Part shown: positions 61,415 through 64,000 of the stretch, piece after piece
Layout: the number at the start of each line of letters is the position of its first letter
How positions within the stretch are numbered: position 1 is the first letter of the stretch
Assembly: GCA_964636295.1 (NCBI GenBank)
Contig: CAZWQY010000006.1
Span: 10,486 to 74,485, forward strand
From: an uncultured Lentisphaeraceae bacterium
GTDB taxonomy: Bacteria; Verrucomicrobiota; Kiritimatiellia; RFP12; UBA1067
Direction of reading: 5' to 3'
DNA length: 64,000 nt
Made by a program: the position numbers and the translations under genes
Notes under the pieces: generated by a model
Seen by the model: only the letters and a program-made list of their open reading frames with translations
Databases searched by the model: none
What the model was told of the DNA's origin: nothing

Positions 61415-62333
61415 CCGCCGCACGTGCGCCTTGTGTCCGCGCCAGTGCGGAGCGGGGGACAGACCCCAGCCCGACCGTGGGGACAGGCCCCAGAGTGGGC
61501 GGGGGTTCTGCGGGGCGGGGGACAGGCCCCGCGTCTTTCGCTGGGGGCCTCATTTTGGCGAGGAGCCGCCGATTACGGGCGTGCGCGGTTCGGGTTGCGT
61601 CTTTTTCTCGCGGTGCACGATGAAATGCCTCTACTGCCAGAATTCGCCGTGGAGCTGGAAGGGTGAGGGGCGAGATCTTTCGGTTGCGGAGCTTGCGGAC
61701 ATTCTGCGGGATCTGGCCGTGAAGGATCGGGTCGAGAACTGGAATCTCGTGTCGCCGACGCCCTATCTGCCGTTTGTCCGCGAGGCGGTATCGCGCGTGC
61801 GACAGGCGGGCGTCTCGTTGCCGGTCGTCTGGAATTCGTCCGGATTCGAGCGCGTCGAGACGCTGGCGGAATACGCCGACCTCTGCGACTGCGCGCTGTT
61901 TGACCTGCGCTATGCGCATGACGCGACGGCCGTTCGGCTGTCGGCGACGCCGGGCTATGTCGCGGCGTCGCGTGCGGCGGTGCGCTGGGCAGGGGCGCGT
62001 GCGCCGCACGCAGATGGTCTCCCGCCGCTCATTGTCCGCATTCTCGTTCTGCCGGGGCATGCGGACGAGGCGGTCGAGAATCTGGCGTGGCTTGCGACGA
62101 ATCTCTCGAACGAGATTCCCGTTTCGGTCATGGCGCAGTACACGCCGGCATACAAGGCGTTGGAGACACCGCCGCTGGACCGTGCGGTGACGCGCGCGGA
62201 ATACGAGATGGTGACGGAGGCGGCCGCCGACTTTGGCTTTGAGAACGGCTGGATTCAGGGCTTTGAGGCCTCTGATCCGAAGCTTGCGCTCCTCGGCGAG
62301 AACATGCCCGCCGCCCATGGCACGGTGCGCTGA
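61404..62333 (+). CDS. Radical SAM protein, PflX-like (putative activase family)
   Basis: CALCPRQCG...GFCG...HFGEEPPITG..GSGCVFFSRCTMKCLYCQN (CxxxCxxC). The start is taken at ATG 61404 (MPFDRRTC), overlapping the murE-like gene end by 11 nt. Confidence 0.75.
   Translation: MPFDRRTCALCPRQCGAGDRPQPDRGDRPQSGRGFCGAGDRPRVFRWGPHFGEEPPITGVRGSGCVFFSRCTMKCLYCQNSPWSWKGEGRDLSVAELADILRDLAVKDRVENWNLVSPTPYLPFVREAVSRVRQAGVSLPVVWNSSGFERVETLAEYADLCDCALFDLRYAHDATAVRLSATPGYVAASRAAVRWAGARAPHADGLPPLIVRILVLPGHADEAVENLAWLATNLSNEIPVSVMAQYTPAYKALETPPLDRAVTRAEYEMVTEAAADFGFENGWIQGFEASDPKLALLGENMPAAHGTVR
61455..61529 (+). repeat. Three copies of the palindromic unit GGGGACAG(A/G)CCCC inside the radical SAM gene
   Basis: Copies start at 61455, 61479 and 61517. 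They encode GDRPQP / GDRPQS / GDRPRV around the N-terminal Cys cluster. Confidence 0.8.
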
Positions 62334-62395
62334 CCCGCCTCGTAAGATGATGCAAGTTTCCGCGAGAAAGTCGTTCGTTCAGGCTCTTCAAAAGA

Positions 62396-62404
62396 TGGTA
62401 TAAT
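62396..62404 (+). promoter_or_regulatory. Extended -10 box TGGTATAAT, 8 nt before the P-loop NTPase ATG (leaderless)
   Basis: TGGTATAAT-TTGCGTCC-ATG(62413). Confidence 0.7.
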
Positions 62405-62412
62405 TTGCGTCC

Positions 62413-63096
62413 ATGAACGGAAAGCGTATCACTCTCTTTGCCGGACATTACGGCAGCGGCAAGACGAACATCGCGCTCAACTATGCGCGGGCCGTGAAGC
62501 CGTGCGTCATCGCCGACCTCGACATCGTCAACCCCTACTTCCGCACGAAAGACTCGGCGGCCGCGTTGGCGGCCGAAGGAATCGGCCTCGTCGTCTCCGA
62601 CTACGCGAATTCGAACGTCGATTTCCCCGCCTTGCCCAAGGAGACGTATGGTCTCGTCGCCGACCGCGCGACGCGCGTCGTCATTGACGTCGGCGGCGAC
62701 GACCGAGGAGCCTTGGCCCTTGGGCGTTACGTGGACGACATTCGGGCCGAGGGCGACTACGCGATGCTCGCGGTCGTCAATGCCGCGCGCCCCCTGACGG
62801 AGACGCCGGACGATGCGGTCGAGGTTCTGCGCGAGATCGAGGTGGCGTGCCGTCTGCCGTTCACGGGAATCGTGAACAACACGAATCTGGGACCCGCGAC
62901 GACGGCGCAGACCGTTCTCGACTCCCTGCCGTATGCGGATGCCGTCGCGCGCCGCATGGGCCTTCCCGTTGCTTTCACCTGCTGTCGCGCCGACTTGCAG
63001 GACGAACTGGCGGCCCACGCCGCGTTCGCGTCGGGCGCGTCCGTTCTCTTTCCGCTGACGATTCAGCGGCTCTACTACCAGCTGGAGGCCGACTGA
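62413..63096 (+). CDS. SIMIBI-type (MinD/ParA/CooC-like) P-loop NTPase
   Basis: Walker A FAGHYGSGKTNIALNYA, ADLDIVNPYF and VIDVGGDD (Walker B-like). The ATG is 8 nt after TGGTATAAT. Confidence 0.65.
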   Translation: MNGKRITLFAGHYGSGKTNIALNYARAVKPCVIADLDIVNPYFRTKDSAAALAAEGIGLVVSDYANSNVDFPALPKETYGLVADRATRVVIDVGGDDRGALALGRYVDDIRAEGDYAMLAVVNAARPLTETPDDAVEVLREIEVACRLPFTGIVNNTNLGPATTAQTVLDSLPYADAVARRMGLPVAFTCCRADLQDELAAHAAFASGASVLFPLTIQRLYYQLEAD

Positions 63097-63782
63097 TGCG
63101 ACGCGCGTGCCTCGTTCTCTTGCCCCTCCTTCTCCTGTCGGCCGGCTGCTGGACGTTCAACGAGACGGACTATCCCTCGGTCTCGGTCGTGTCGATGCCC
63201 GAAGGGACCAACGTCACGCTGGGAGTCAACGGATTTGCGGCGACGCTGATGGACTACGCGGTGTGCCAGGAATTCCGTACGGTCTACGTGCCGGGGCATT
63301 ACGGGCGGCGGTATGCCTGTCCCGGCTATTTCGAGACCGTCCCGACGGTCGCCTATGTGCCGCAGATTCGGCAGACGGATGCCTATCTCCGGCGGGCGAA
63401 GGACGCGCTTGAACGCGCGGGCTTCGCCGTCGGCGCGACGACGCCGGACTGGACGGTCGACGTCGCGTTCACGGGCCCGGTCGTGTCGGGCGCGGACACG
63501 CTTCGCCAGCTCGTCTGGGAAATCGGGACGCTCTTCCTCTGCGATTACGCTGCCGTGAGCTGGACGGCGCAGCTGCGCGTGCGCGACAATCGCACGGGGC
63601 GGCTCGTCTACCACAACGACTATGTCCAGCGCTATGAGACGAATGTCTTTGGCCTGATTCCCCTGTTCTCGATTTCGGCTGCGCCCGAGACGTCGTTCGC
63701 TTCGATGCAAGGCTGGTGCCTCAGCGCGCTGACGGATCGCATTGTTGCGGATGTCGCCGCCCATTTCGCCCGTAGCCGATGA
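63096..63782 (+). CDS. Hypothetical lipoprotein
   Basis: MRRACLVLLPLLLLSAGC: a signal peptide with a lipobox-like SAGC. The ATG overlaps the upstream stop (TGATG). Confidence 0.6.
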   Translation: MRRACLVLLPLLLLSAGCWTFNETDYPSVSVVSMPEGTNVTLGVNGFAATLMDYAVCQEFRTVYVPGHYGRRYACPGYFETVPTVAYVPQIRQTDAYLRRAKDALERAGFAVGATTPDWTVDVAFTGPVVSGADTLRQLVWEIGTLFLCDYAAVSWTAQLRVRDNRTGRLVYHNDYVQRYETNVFGLIPLFSISAAPETSFASMQGWCLSALTDRIVADVAAHFARSR

Positions 63783-63807
63783 ACGGAAGGACGTGGAGGA
63801 AAAGAGC

Positions 63808-64000
63808 ATGCGAGAACTGAACGAGATACTGGAGGGCGTGCGCGGCCGGATCGCCGCCGCGTGTGCGCGGGCGAAGCGCGATTCCGCCGAGGTCGAGATC
63901 GTCGCGGTCACGAAGACGCACGGCGCGGAGGTCGTGAAGGAGGCGTGGGACGCGGGCCTTGCGATCGTCGGCGAGAACAAGGTGCAGGAAACGGCGTGGA
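63808..64000 (+). CDS. yggS: YggS-family pyridoxal-phosphate homeostasis protein (3' end outside window)
   Basis: VEIVAVTKTHGAEVVKEAWDAGLAIVGENKVQE is the family N-terminal signature, including the PLP Lys in VTKT. GGAGGA precedes the ATG. Confidence 0.75.
   Translation, partial: MRELNEILEGVRGRIAAACARAKRDSAEVEIVAVTKTHGAEVVKEAWDAGLAIVGENKVQETAW

Noticed and set aside
1-64000. Scan for rRNA, tRNA, tmRNA, CRISPR arrays, integrases and phage structural genes.
   Set aside because: By eye I found no cloverleaf-like segments, no regularly spaced direct repeats with unique spacers, and no integrase or phage-like ORFs. Absence by manual inspection is not proof, so tRNAscan-SE, Infernal and CRISPR finders should be run.

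Overview
This window is a high-G+C bacterial chromosomal segment; the core genes look roughly two-thirds G+C by eye (nothing was computed). It is densely packed with housekeeping genes. On the minus strand are mutL, a divergent ftsZ and ftsA. On the plus strand follow lysA, a long U32 peptidase, lnt, holA and an HTH-EIIA(Ntr)-like protein. After an IS200/RAYT-like Y1 transposase homologue come dnaE, an AI-2E permease, a GHL10-like protein, a membrane-domain::GH92 fusion, asd, a short smc, alaS, recO, a parvulin, a 51-aa small basic protein, fadL-like and a TetR regulator. Further on are an OMP, the feoA-feoA-feoB operon with a Cys-rich peptide gene, an LMW-PTP, purC, ybaB-recR, lptA-like, a second OMP and an RRM/RGG protein. 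The window ends with pcnB-like, a YfgM-like TPR protein, an orphan TadB-like protein, a Zn-ribbon::EIIA fusion, mutY, a DMT protein, fusA, a MocR regulator, an N-terminally short MurE paralogue, a PflX-like radical SAM gene, a P-loop NTPase, a lipoprotein and yggS (3' truncated). The diderm markers, divergent FtsZ and small basic protein suggest a PVC-group organism, but that is inference only. I saw no rRNA, tRNA or CRISPR array.

Two visibly lower-G+C islands stand out (1 to about 4600, and about 16900 to 21640). Each holds a tightly coupled three-gene operon that combines membrane-anchored ER/K coiled-coil and zinc-finger proteins with one recognisable enzyme. The enzyme is a PD-(D/E)xK nuclease in island 1 and an S1 trypsin-like protease in island 2. 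These are my best candidates for an undescribed accessory, possibly defence or envelope, system.

Other notable signals:
- A recurrent TGnTATAAT extended -10 box sits in more than 20 intergenic regions. About 11 of them lie only 6-9 nt from the start codon, implying leaderless mRNAs.
- G-tract-rich low-complexity repeats are inserted in frame into mutL, lnt (the same 51-nt element twice) and the radical SAM gene, with related or differently built simple repeats in two intergenic regions.
- MutL has substitutions at all the endonuclease and Zn-ligand positions I could align.
- The SMC appears to lack a hinge domain.
- A MurE paralogue lacks the UDP-binding domain.
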